The position numbers and the translations under genes were made by a program. The notes under the pieces were generated by a model. The model saw only the letters and a list, made by a program, of their open reading frames with translations. It was not told the DNA's origin and did no database searches. A stretch of DNA of 60,000 nucleotides from Lytechinus pictus (taxonomy: Eukaryota): contig NC_087245.1 in the NCBI RefSeq assembly GCF_037042905.1, positions 5,148,001 to 5,208,000 on the forward strand, written 5' to 3'. How positions within the stretch are numbered: position 1 is the stretch's first letter; each line of letters begins with the position of its first letter. This document shows positions 1 through 10,667 of the stretch, piece by piece.

Positions 1-1000
1 GATGGGAACGACTTATACTTTGTTGAAAATTCACCATATAAACATGATAAAGGGAGGCCAGGAAAAGCAAACTTATGGCAGGTAAGATCTGATGAGTAGT
101 CACATTAAGAAGTGTAGCAGAGATTCCGTCTGGCCTAGTAGCTTCATGCAGGGTGTTTTCTTTAACAATTTCTTCAGTAGTCTGGCTACACCTGTTTGAC
201 TAAACCATATGTTATCTGGCCATATCTGGGTCAGGACTGGGTCCCAGGACTTGTAGAGCAGCGTCATCATCATCATCATGATCAGTGGTGAATACTAAGA
301 CTAAAATTCTGTGCCTTCCTTTAATTATGCTATTCCAATGTAGTCATAGCTATTGATATTATGGGCTCCCAACATGCTAATTGTTACAGCCTGGATCATT
401 GTCAATCCGGTCAACAAATTATGTATTAAAGGCTTGTCTACAAACCCTCTTATGGTCCTCTTTAAAGCATTGTAGTAATTCTGAGCTTTACCTTACTGAT
501 ACTTTTGGAGCTCTAAAATGTGCAAGCCTTCCTAGCCTTTCTCTAAACCTCTTGACATCTTACGACACAACTTATGTCCATTGCCCATTGAGGCAACTTG
601 TGTCGGAAGAAGACATGGTTAACGGTGTATTCTTGTTAAAGTCATCTTGATTGGTTTTCAGTCTCCTATGCTCGACTTGTCGGATTTCAGTACAGAGAGT
701 TGTATGATTGTCCAAAGTACATCTGCATGACACTATTAAAAAGTCAGCATTCCTCCAGAAGAACATCCTTAGTCGTACCATAAGTACTAAAAGGTTTATT
801 CCTCTGGATAACCTCACAGTATACCCATGAGTAACACATTGTGGCAAATAAATCCTGGAAGTGGTACACACTGTCTATCAATGTTGGATGGTATTTGATG
901 GTGATGTTAAGGGTGTTCCATTGTGTTGTGTCCTCTTGTTGGAAAGGCAATAATCTGGCTTAGTCCTCCATCTGGTTGTTCATTGTCTCACTGAGGAATT
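1..1000 (-). pseudogene. Degenerate non-LTR retrotransposon (CR1/L2-like LINE) ORF2 fragment: end of AP endonuclease, linker, start of RT
   Basis: Manual minus-strand translation across frameshifts gives GLSQIIAFPTRGHNT...LPG (endonuclease C-terminus, ~970-860), FFWRNADF (~760), RHKLPQW (~600) and ATRPDGISATLLNVTTHQILPAISLLFLASL (~145-50; matches the KA.GPDGI pre-RT motif). Many stops. Confidence 0.75.
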
Positions 1001-1499
1001 TCTGTTTACCATAAATATCAGGACATTAATATTATTATTTGCATACGACTTACTTTAATAGAAACTATAGCTTTAATATTTCGAGATGGTTGCCATAGGA
1101 GATTATTTCAAAGAGGAAAGAACAGAAAATGGATGCTTCATCATGAAGCAGCAACTGGATTCAACAAGAACGTCTAATCACGATTCCTGTATCTGAGAAA
1201 GATGCCTATAATGCACTTTAAGCCTTCATCATGAATTTATGAATGGCTTTCATGTCGCTCGTATAGGCAAATGCCCATTGTTACTCTTATTAAGCATGCT
1301 CAGAGATCTTGTGATCCAAGCAAGTGATGATGATGGTGATGGGTTCTTGTGAAGCGTCGGTATCCGCCTCAGCTGGGCGCTCATGGCGCTTGCTCAAAAA
1401 TAGGAAATATCTCACAAATTTCAATGTCTTCAAACAGTGCTTAGGATCATCATTCAGTTCAAGTACTGTTCTGGTAATTCTACAGTTGAGTTATTCTTG

Positions 1500-1775
1500 G
1501 GATAATGTTGGAGTGGGGAACAGAAAGGTACAACTCAAAAGTTGATTGGGTCTCTGCTCTCCTGATAAATTGGGGAAGGCTATTCCACAGCTTTGGTCCA
1601 GAGATTTAGAAGGCTCTGTCACCCCAGGTTGTGTGGCTGAGAGATTCCCTCAGCAATGATTGATCTGCTGATCTGAGACTGCGTGTTGGTCTATGCTGAG
1701 ATAAGAGCTCTGATAATTATGTAGGGTGGAGATTTATCGTTAAGCGCTTTAAATACAAGGACCCCAAGTTTATAA
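1500..1775 (-). pseudogene. L2/CR1-type LINE ORF2 C-terminal fragment inserted in the Academ remnant
   Basis: Minus-strand translation YKLGVLVFKALNDKSPPY/LSELLSQHRPTRSLRSADQSLLRESLSHTTWGDRAF*ISGPKLWNSLPQFIRRAETQSTF, the typical L2 ORF2 C-terminus. Confidence 0.8.
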
Positions 1776-2089
1776 GCTAAGTGGTGTGTTACAAGGACCA
1801 AATATTTGTACGGGTGTGACATCTTGTGCTGATCACTTGGCAATCCAGGAGCTTGCCAGCGTGGACTATACTCGCAAGAAACGCAAAGACTCTACAAAGT
1901 CAAGAAGAGAGCAAGACTTGGATGGAATTAATGAAGCATTCAAGCAGTGGGATCCATGTAGAATGGACTCATCATTGTACAATATGAGTGGGGTAACTGC
2001 TCGTGACAAAAGTCAATATCAACCAAGCAAGAAGTGTAGGGAAGGTCATCATGGTTAATACACATAATCTACATGGAATTTTAGAGGAA

Positions 2090-3090
2090 AGTATCACTAT
2101 GTGTTTCCTTGAAAATTTATAACATGTCGGATGCTTATTTGCATAATATGTAAATTACACTTCAGATATTAAGCTGATTATTAATGTTTTGCCATTCTTA
2201 GTGATCACATCATATTGATCTAGACTGAAATTTTTCATAACTGTTTTTGTGAGAAAAGTCAAAATTTCTGGATTTTTTTTCCATATAAAAATGCTCATAT
2301 ATATGCAAATGAGGTAGATTTATTTACGATTTCTTATTTGAAAATAACTAAATTTGTAAAACTTATCATGGGTTTCAGTTCAATTCGTATTGTTTTCTGC
2401 ACTTGATTTCCAATATTTGGGTTATTTTCCTTATTTGTCATTTATTATGGCTAATTTGCATAAATTGCAAATTTTGTGATTTTCCTATATGCTTGTATAT
2501 TTAAGGACTTTTGATATGGTGTTTAGGAAACCTTCCTGTAAGGTATTGCCATATTCCAATTTCAATAGATAATCTACTTGCAATTTTTGAGGGATGTATC
2601 ACCAGTGTGTTTTCTTCAATATTTAAAACATGTTAGATACTTTTATTTGCATAATATGCAAATTACACTACAGACACTAAGCTGAATACAAATGTATTCA
2701 ACGTCCTTAGTGATAGCAGCATGTAAATTTCAATATTAATGAAATTTTCAAGCAGTTAATGAGAGAAAAATCACAATACCTTGACATTTTTCCATATAAG
2801 GATGCTTATTTGCATATTATGCAAATGAGGTAGATTTTTTTTGCACTTTTGACAAAGAGCATTGAATATAGTTATTTATCATGGATTTTCGCTCAAATTG
2901 AATTGTTTTGGACACTCAATTTGTAATCTTTGGGCTATTTTCCTTATTTTTCTAACTTTTTATGGCTAATTTGCATAATAAGCAAATTTCATAAATTTCC
3001 ACTGCTTGGATTTCTTGGGACTTTTAGTATGTTGTTTAGGGGACCTTCCTTGAAATAATTGCAGTGGAATATCTCGTGTTGCAATTAGTG
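2090..3090. repeat. Two diverged ~500-bp tandem units rich in octamer (ATGCAAAT/ATTTGCAT) motifs
   Basis: 2100 gtgtttccttgaaaatttataacatg..tttgcataatatgtaaattacac recurs at ~2607; atatgcaaatgaggtagatt (2301) recurs at ~2817. Confidence 0.8.
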
Positions 3091-3384
3091 GTGGGTCAAA
3101 CTCTATATTGACTGGACTATTAGCGTTCGTGATTCTAGTTCGGTTTCACAGGTGCTAAAAATTCGTCATTATAGCCTTATTTGTCACTGGAATCATCATT
3201 CAAATTACGGTTTTTACCGTGTGAAAGGGCGGATATACGATTTAATTAGATAACTGAATGGCTTTAGTCGCGAAGCACCATGGTTTGACAATAACTCACT
3301 ACAAACTCCCTTATGTTTGTGGTTATTCAACCATAGTTCAACCTTCAGACGCGTTCTCAAATTCGTTCGTACGCCATACGAAGA

Positions 3385-3480
3385 AACGCTGGCACCCCCA
3401 CCCACCCTTTATCTCGCGAGCACTGCCTTTCCACCATTTCATTGGCTATATCGCGTCATCACACTCCTCCCCTTGTAACC
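3385..3480 (+). promoter_or_regulatory. Candidate promoter-like motif cluster
   Basis: CACCC boxes (3393-3407), TCTCGCGAG (3412-3420, BANP/Kaiso-like), inverted CCAAT (ATTGG 3441) and GCGTCA, in locally CpG-rich unique sequence. A GTAAGT donor lies downstream at 4289. Confidence 0.3.
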
Positions 3481-4991
3481 ATATATAGATTAGAGATGTT
3501 TTACAAGCGAGTGCTGTAACAAAATATAACGAGCATGAGTCTTCAACGCATGTGGCGTACGTCTTTTCAATTTCATCTCGAATAGCGGACGATCGTGCTT
3601 GTAAGTTCGCTGTTCATGTTTTATCTCATTTTGATTGATCATCAGCAATAGACGAAATGGCAAACATTTGGCGTCTCTTTGAGATCTCAAATTCTACTGG
3701 ATCAAAGATTATGAAAAAGATGTGAAGCTATCACTTTGCAGATGATTATGAATGTCTATTGCTGATAACAAATGCCGCCGCACACCTATCTTGGATTGAA
3801 TTGATCTGTTTTAGCATAGCCATTTTCATATTATTTTAGGAATGAAAGTTTAACTTGTTATTCGACCTATCACCGGAGGATATGAATTTGAAATGGGAGT
3901 CGTGATATGTATTATCATTTAAAGATTTGCTCATTGATTGGTGCAAACGTATCTTCTTCGTTTTCTTTCGATTGTTATCGATTCTAATGTTAGTAGGTAG
4001 TTTTTTGTTAACTTGTTTTGCTGTTGTTTGCGATTGAAAGGATGTTCGTGCAGTCGGCACAGATTCTCTAAGAAAAAAACCTGTAACCAGACTGTCAAGC
4101 GCTAGATCTTCATTTTTACTCTGAGATAAACACTGCAGTTTTAGGGAAATACACTGAACCATTTCCGAGCCTCAAGAGGTGTGCTTTTCCTGACGGATAT
4201 TGGAAAAGGGTGATTACTCAAGTGTTCGTATTCTAAGATCGTAGGATGTTCTAGCCTACTGTTGTCAGTCTCCTTTCATTCTAAAGACGTAAGTTTGCGA
4301 TTTTATCTTTGATTTTCGTATATTTCATATAAAGCTGTAAACTCAGGAATCGGAAGCCAAGTGTTTAGTGGAGGTATTATAGGAGCGCCTTGAACCTTAT
4401 GCACCTAACAAGGTGGATTATGTGCGCAATATAAAAACCATGTATTATTTTTAGTATTAAAAGAATGGAGGCTTGGGAGAGAGTTCGCTCAGTTTACTGC
4501 AAACTTATGTTTACAGCGTACTTTTGTTTATATCGTAAATCATGTAAAATGTGTTTATCTAAGTCCATTTTTCTTCATTTTGAAGGTGTGTATTGCCTGG
4601 AATTTCATACAGATTCGGAAATGTTTGATTGGTGGGTGATGTATTGATTTGTCCCAGGCGATTTGTTAAACTTATTATTTTTTCAAAAAGAAGTCAATTT
4701 AAATGTTTTATTATTGCGTATTTCGATAGGACATACGGCAATGTATCAACTGATTATTTTGTGCCTTCGCTCTTATCTTTGTTCTTACGGATTAGGTAAA
4801 ACAATGACTCACGCGCATTACCCAATGCTAAAATCGAAAATTTATTAAGCCACGTAAAACATGCACATTCCTCAAATGCGCGTACTAAGAAAGTTTAACT
4901 GCGAATAGACTTGTTTGTTCCTGTCTGCCGAATAGTGGCGAATTTTATTGGTAACCAAGCGCACTTTACGAAACAATAATGTAGCCGACCG

Positions 4992-5135
4992 TATTGACTA
5001 GCCGTTTTAACATTTAATCCTATTTCTTGATATCAAGAATTACCATTGCTTAACTACACAAAACCATTTCTTGATATCAAGAAATGAATTCTTGATATCA
5101 AGAAATCGAATTCAATGTTAAAACGGCTTGCCATA
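4992..5135. mobile_element. 144-bp IS3EU-type MITE
   Basis: TIRs tattgactagccgttttaacatt / aatgttaaaacggcttgccata; exact 6-bp TSD cgaccg (4986-4991 and 5136-5141); three internal copies of the palindrome ttcttgatatcaagaa. Confidence 0.75.
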
Positions 5136-6062
5136 CGACCGAGGCTTACAATTTTCATTTTTTATGATTTAGAGAATGTCTCGATCTACTTTCATTACTT
5201 GGGTTTGATTAAAATACGAAAATAGCTTTAAGTAATGTTATTGTGACCTTAATTCGCGCGTTACCTAATTTTGCGCACGATCAAATATCTCTTTATCTAA
5301 TTAATATCTTGAAAAATTGATATCACCAACATACTGAGTAATTTTCTTGAAGGTAAAGTCTCAAATTGTAAAAATATTGGCAAAACATCGGCGAATTTTG
5401 TGACCTTTTGCGTCCTCTCCGAGAAAATCCGATCTTCTCGACAATGTCGGACAAGCATCAAGAAATCGCCAGTTTACAAGCAGAGGTCTCAACAAAAGCA
5501 AGTAAAATGTGATACCAACCGAATTTATTGCATTTTAACCTCCGTTTTAATTATCTTACCTTTGTCTGCTTGATTTCTTTTCTAAAGCTTTGCAAAATGA
5601 TCGTGCGCAAATTAAGGTCACCCTTTTTTATGACACTTTTTCAGCCGAGCGCACTAGTCGATCGCCATGGAATTTTGAGATCGCGATACGAGCGAAACCC
5701 TTGACCTACTTGAAATTCCGTCAAGCGAATTTGACTTTGGGATCTTGCCTTCCGTCTGGTATTTATGATTTTACTTAATTTTGTGTGAACTGTGAGAAAT
5801 TTTTGATTGAGAATGAACTTCATGATAAGAAAATCAACTTCATGATAATTTTTGAAATGTGCGCAAATTGGTCACCCCATCATACAAATAATGCACATTC
5901 GTGATTGTCGACTTGCTTTATGCGAAAGCACGATACGCTTGCACCGAGTGCTTTTGCATGTTGCGAATACCCGAGATATCCTGCATCGCCAATAAGATCA
6001 CGAATTAAAAATTTGCAGGAACGCACATGAAGAGATCACAATGCTTTCTATTAAGACATCAC

Positions 6063-7174
6063 CAACGAACGTAGAGGGCAGCAACACACAAGCGTGTTGC
6101 TCTAAGGAAGGTCAACTCCGCTCGAATTTTGTGACCACTCTAAAATATAAGGTGGGGTTTTGGGAAATTTGTCGAGTTGATTTTTTTTCATTTGTTAATT
6201 TCAAATATTTTTTAATGAACAATTATTAGATCGGTTATTCTGGGTATAAATATTAAAGATATTACTTTCATTTTTAAAGAAAATATTTAGCTTAAATAAT
6301 CATGATTTTGACATTTTTCCTCATTTTGGAATAATGCATAGACAACCACCGTAATAATCGAGGTCATTTTTCTGGCCTGGGTGCGCCGAGTCTGGCCCGG
6401 TCGCGCAGCTAGCTAGTGACGTTGATGATGCGCTGGGGCTTCAGGCGACTCATCATAGACCTTCTAGCAACATAGACAATGACGTCCAATTTGCCTAGTC
6501 TGATTTGAAGTGCAATTGCTTCAGGGCTGATGTTTATCAACGATGATTGTTCAAGGTTAGATTTCAAATTTTTAATTTCATTCGACTTTTAAATCTATAA
6601 ATCTGAAATAAAGGCGCTGTTTCCCCGAAATCCGGGTCTAAATTTCAACTTCGAGTCCGAGACTATGGACGGCGAAAAAACCCCATGCATCGGATGCATT
6701 GCATTGGCTGCGCGCTGCGCTGCAGCTGCACTGTGATGATGGGTTCAGCGAAGAGCTCAGAGAAAATAAGGTGGTCATATTCAATCCCGAAATGCTTTGC
6801 GAGTGGTCACAAAATCGTCTCGACGCAAATCACCTAATACAGCCGTCTGGTGAAATCGCTGATAACAACAATCACCGATTTGGTAATGATTTAGTTTCTA
6901 AAGCTTATATTTGTAAAGTTTTAAATATCAACGTATGTTTTTAAATGTATGTATATTCTCCAACATAATGTTTTAATGTTATCTTTGATATCGTTGTAGT
7001 CATATTCTTTTATATTGTTTTCGTGATCGCTACTAATTTGTTGTTGTATTAGATCGGCGTATGATTTCGTTGGCATAAATGATAAAATATGCGCGTACCT
7101 CAGCTGCATGCGCGTATCGAGTTGACCTTCCTTAGAGCAACACGCTTGTGTGTTGCTGCCCTCTACGTTCGTTG
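6063..7174. mobile_element. 1.1-kb non-autonomous DNA transposon with CA..TG ends and 8-bp TSD (P- or hAT-like)
   Basis: Perfect ~56-bp TIRs caacgaacgtagagggcagcaacacacaagcgtgttgctctaaggaaggtcaactc; TSD gacatcac (6055-6062) / ggcatcac (7175-7182), one mismatch. Confidence 0.85.
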
Positions 7175-7825
7175 GGCATCACAATGTAGAATGCACACCT
7201 CTCCTTTGAAAGAACGCGTATTTCAAATGGTGTCACAGTTTTTACGCGCTATAATGATGCGTCCAAAATGCGCAGTGCTGCACGAAAGAGGCACGGGCCG
7301 GAAGTTGCCTAGAAACACGTGACTTTATACGCCCTCGATATTGGCTACCTATTTTTTTTAAATATAAATTTATAAAATATATGAACTCTTTCATTGCGGA
7401 AAAAAACTCTGATCATGTATCACAAGGATAAACATACCCGGGAGACAAACTTTTTGAGGATGCCCTATGTGATTCGGATTAGGTATTCATCCAGAATAAA
7501 AAAAACTCACAACACAAATGTATAAGCAATTGTGTGCAATTTTGCTTATTTTTTTTTTGAGCAAAACTTTGGTCTCTCAAGGTGTTTTCTGTTTCTGGCA
7601 AGGTTGTAATAAAATTAGTAATTACTCCCTCAACAAAACTCATATTTCAGGTGTGCTTTCCGATTGATCCACTCGGGATGAGTACGACATTCCAAAATAC
7701 GACCTTGCCCTCGGGGAATATGTTTCTTTAGAAATGGGAAGGCTCGGAATATTTATGTATGCTTTGTCTGTTTAATCATATTGTTGACCTTTAAAAACAG
7801 TTGGACGCAAGTGGTTTGTCAATTT

Positions 7826-7875
7826 TCTACTATTATCCTCAACAAAATATCAAAGTATGTAGAAGCCCAACATTG

Positions 7876-7910
<35 letters not shown>

Positions 7911-8362
7911 CTTTGTAATTATGTTCATACATACATGTACAACAACTTATATTTTCTGTGTCTCCTTATTTGAAATATATTAGTATGGCTTTAGATGTCA
8001 TGTAAACATGCACATTTAATCATCCTGGATTATCCTCAACAAAATATCAAAGTATGTAGAAGCTAAACATTGATATATATATATATATTCATGTACAACA
8101 ACTTTAGCAACTCTTTTTATATATGTTGCAAATGAAATCTTTTTATATATGTTGCAAACTCTTTTAAATATGTTGCAAATGAATTGGGAAAAGATAATAT
8201 CCCCTTTACCCCATTTCTTTCGCAATATACAATAACCAATTTTGAACCTCAGTAGACTTTTCTTCATTTTTTAAAACTTATATTTTCTGTGTCTCCTTAT
8301 TTGAAATGTATTAATATGGCTTTAAATGCCATGTAAACATGCACATTTAATTATCCTGGATG
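7826..8362. repeat. (TA)n microsatellites within a small local duplication
   Basis: ttatcctcaacaaaatatcaaagtatgtagaagc occurs at ~7833 and ~8030; aacttatattttctgtgtctccttatttgaaat at ~7944 and ~8275; (TA)n at 7879-7908. Confidence 0.85.
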
Positions 8363-9118
8363 TCGTATGCAATCCATTTGTGAAATAAATACAATTATCT
8401 TATTTTATTGAATTGAATATTTAAAAAAGTGATAATGATAAAAATCAACGCCATCTTTTCAATGATGCAATATCTAAGTAAAAATAATAATTAAAAAAAA
8501 TAGCAAGTTCAAATAACTGTACATAAGGAAAAATATAATGTGTATCGTACTTACCATACAATTTGTTATTTTCAAACACCACAGTACGATTATTGTTAGA
8601 AAATATGCTGACCATTTTGGTTTCATGGTTAACTTGGCTTACATACACACGTGATCATGCAATAGCACCACCCACTTGGGATCACATTGACCAGGGACTC
8701 TTTACCACGTACATGGGTCGATTCGCGGTATGATTCAGTTCATGTAGCAATACCAATTTACCCGAAGCCGAGAATACTATTAAACAGTGTATGATAACAG
8801 TCTGAGCTTCCATCTAGTGTCTTTCATGGAAATAATGTAGATTTTACCATGATCATATAGACAGGTGATAGATGCATGGTAGTGAAAGCATTTTTTTTCT
8901 CCATTTCGAAAGCAAGATGTTTTTGGTGCTTTATTTATGTTTTGGTGGTTTAGTGATTTATGTTATTTTTTCAGTGGTTTAACGGTAATTATTTTACATG
9001 AAAGAATGAATAATTGTTCTACAAAGGACCGATGGCGTGCCTTGTATATATAACTCATCCAAGACTGTCCATTACTTGTGAGAGAGTTGCTGGTTAGGAT
9101 CTTAAATCTTGCTTTCAC

Positions 9119-9147
9119 CATAGAGCTATTACAGTAATAGCTCTATG
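9119..9147. mobile_element. 29-bp perfect palindrome with 7-bp TSD (P-element-like minimal element or excision footprint)
   Basis: ctttcac|catagagctattac-a-gtaatagctctatg|ctttcac. Confidence 0.7.
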
Positions 9148-9939
9148 CTTTCACATTCTCCCATATAACATGTCAGGTATCTATTCTGGGCCATGCACTA
9201 TAATCATTTTAACTGTGGTAAATAAAATCCCTGACTATGATTGGCTGTTGAGAAATGGTCCCATCATTGTTACCGTTGCTGGCAGATTCGGGCTTAGTTC
9301 GTTCACTACTACCATTTCCCCGGTATTTTAACAAGATTTCGATAATGCATGAATAAGATTTTGAAAGTAATACGACTTTTACGTTTTTTATACGGATATC
9401 AAGAAAATTGTTCCTCCTATCGTGTTAGGTTTTCATCGAACTGGATCGGATTGTGAGTCTTATCAATTCGAAAATTAGCTTTCGTACATGACAAATACAA
9501 TAAAGGAAACGAAATAAATCGGAGATATTGTCTTCATTTGATTTTTTTACAATTTGTCGACGGTTATCTGATATCAATGGTTGTTTTTGTTTCCATAACA
9601 GTTTGATTAGCATAGAATTGAAGAAAAGGTCACGGTAAGGTATATTCTGGAGAGAGAAAAAATGAAAAAAAATGAACAGCATGGTTTGAATGATATGGAC
9701 AGAACATGAAGGGAGTTGGAGAGAAAATTAGAGAAGGGAAGAAGGGGCAGGATACTCAGTCATTACCGTCTTATTGAATGAAACGAAATAGCGATAGAGA
9801 GTGGATGGAGATAAATTCATATTCATCATGAGCTGATGCTGTAGATTGGCGTCCGTCGTCTGTCCTCCGTCCAAAATTTCAAAATGCTGCTTCTTCACTT
9901 AATATCAATTTCATTTAAATTCTCTTTGCTTTATTATTA

Positions 9940-10627
9940 TGAATCAAAAATATGATTTCTAAGCAGAATATTCTTCGTGTCTCTTTAAATAATACCGCAT
10001 TAGAACAAGTTCGTCATGTCAAATACCAAGGCATCATATTTGATTATCATGATTTAACTTTTAACTTACTTAATTATACCCAACATGTTGTCCGAAAAAT
10101 AGGTCAGTTAGCTTTCTGGGAAGAATCTTATTTTGAAATTAATAGCTCCTCCCTTACTTTGATTTTGGTGTTGTTTACATGCAGCCTTTAAAAATACACA
10201 GACCGTCTTCAAAAAATACAAAATAGGGCAGACCGTACATACTTTGGATTAAACCCGAGTCTCGTATACATGTATTTATTTTTGGAAAAATACATGCTAC
10301 ACTTAATTGGCATTGTTCGGACAAAGAAGGAAACGACCATTCTATTATGCATAAAATCATATTTAATTTATTCCCAACATATTTGAGAAATGAATTTCAG
10401 TTAGTACTACATATACATACGAATCCCTCTCGTTTCGGAACCCAATTCAAATTACCCAAACCAAGAACAAATTACCTCAAAAGATCTGCCAAGTGTAAAA
10501 GCTCCATGCATGGTTTATAATTCACTTCCTCATTGTTGAAATGTAATACATGGATTCGGGCACCCCTGATTAGTTTAGTATAGATTAGTTTTTATAACTT
10601 ATATAAGATAATTTTTCTATAACTATA

Positions 10628-10667
<40 letters not shown>

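Larger units (their letters stand above)
1060..3119 (+). mobile_element. Academ-type DNA transposon remnant: decayed transposase (~1060-1340 and ~1780-2060), subterminal repeats and right terminus
   Basis: Frameshifted peptides KEERTE(N/W)MLHHEAA, SRFLYLRKM, LHHEFMNGFHVAR, DLVI(E)QVMM, then AIQELASVDYTRKKRKDSTKSRREQDLD...DSSLYNMSGVTARDK/VNINQARSVGKVI follow the motif order I recall for Academ transposases. Ends in ...ATATTGACTGGACTA (3119), a TAG..CTA-type terminus. Confidence 0.65.
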
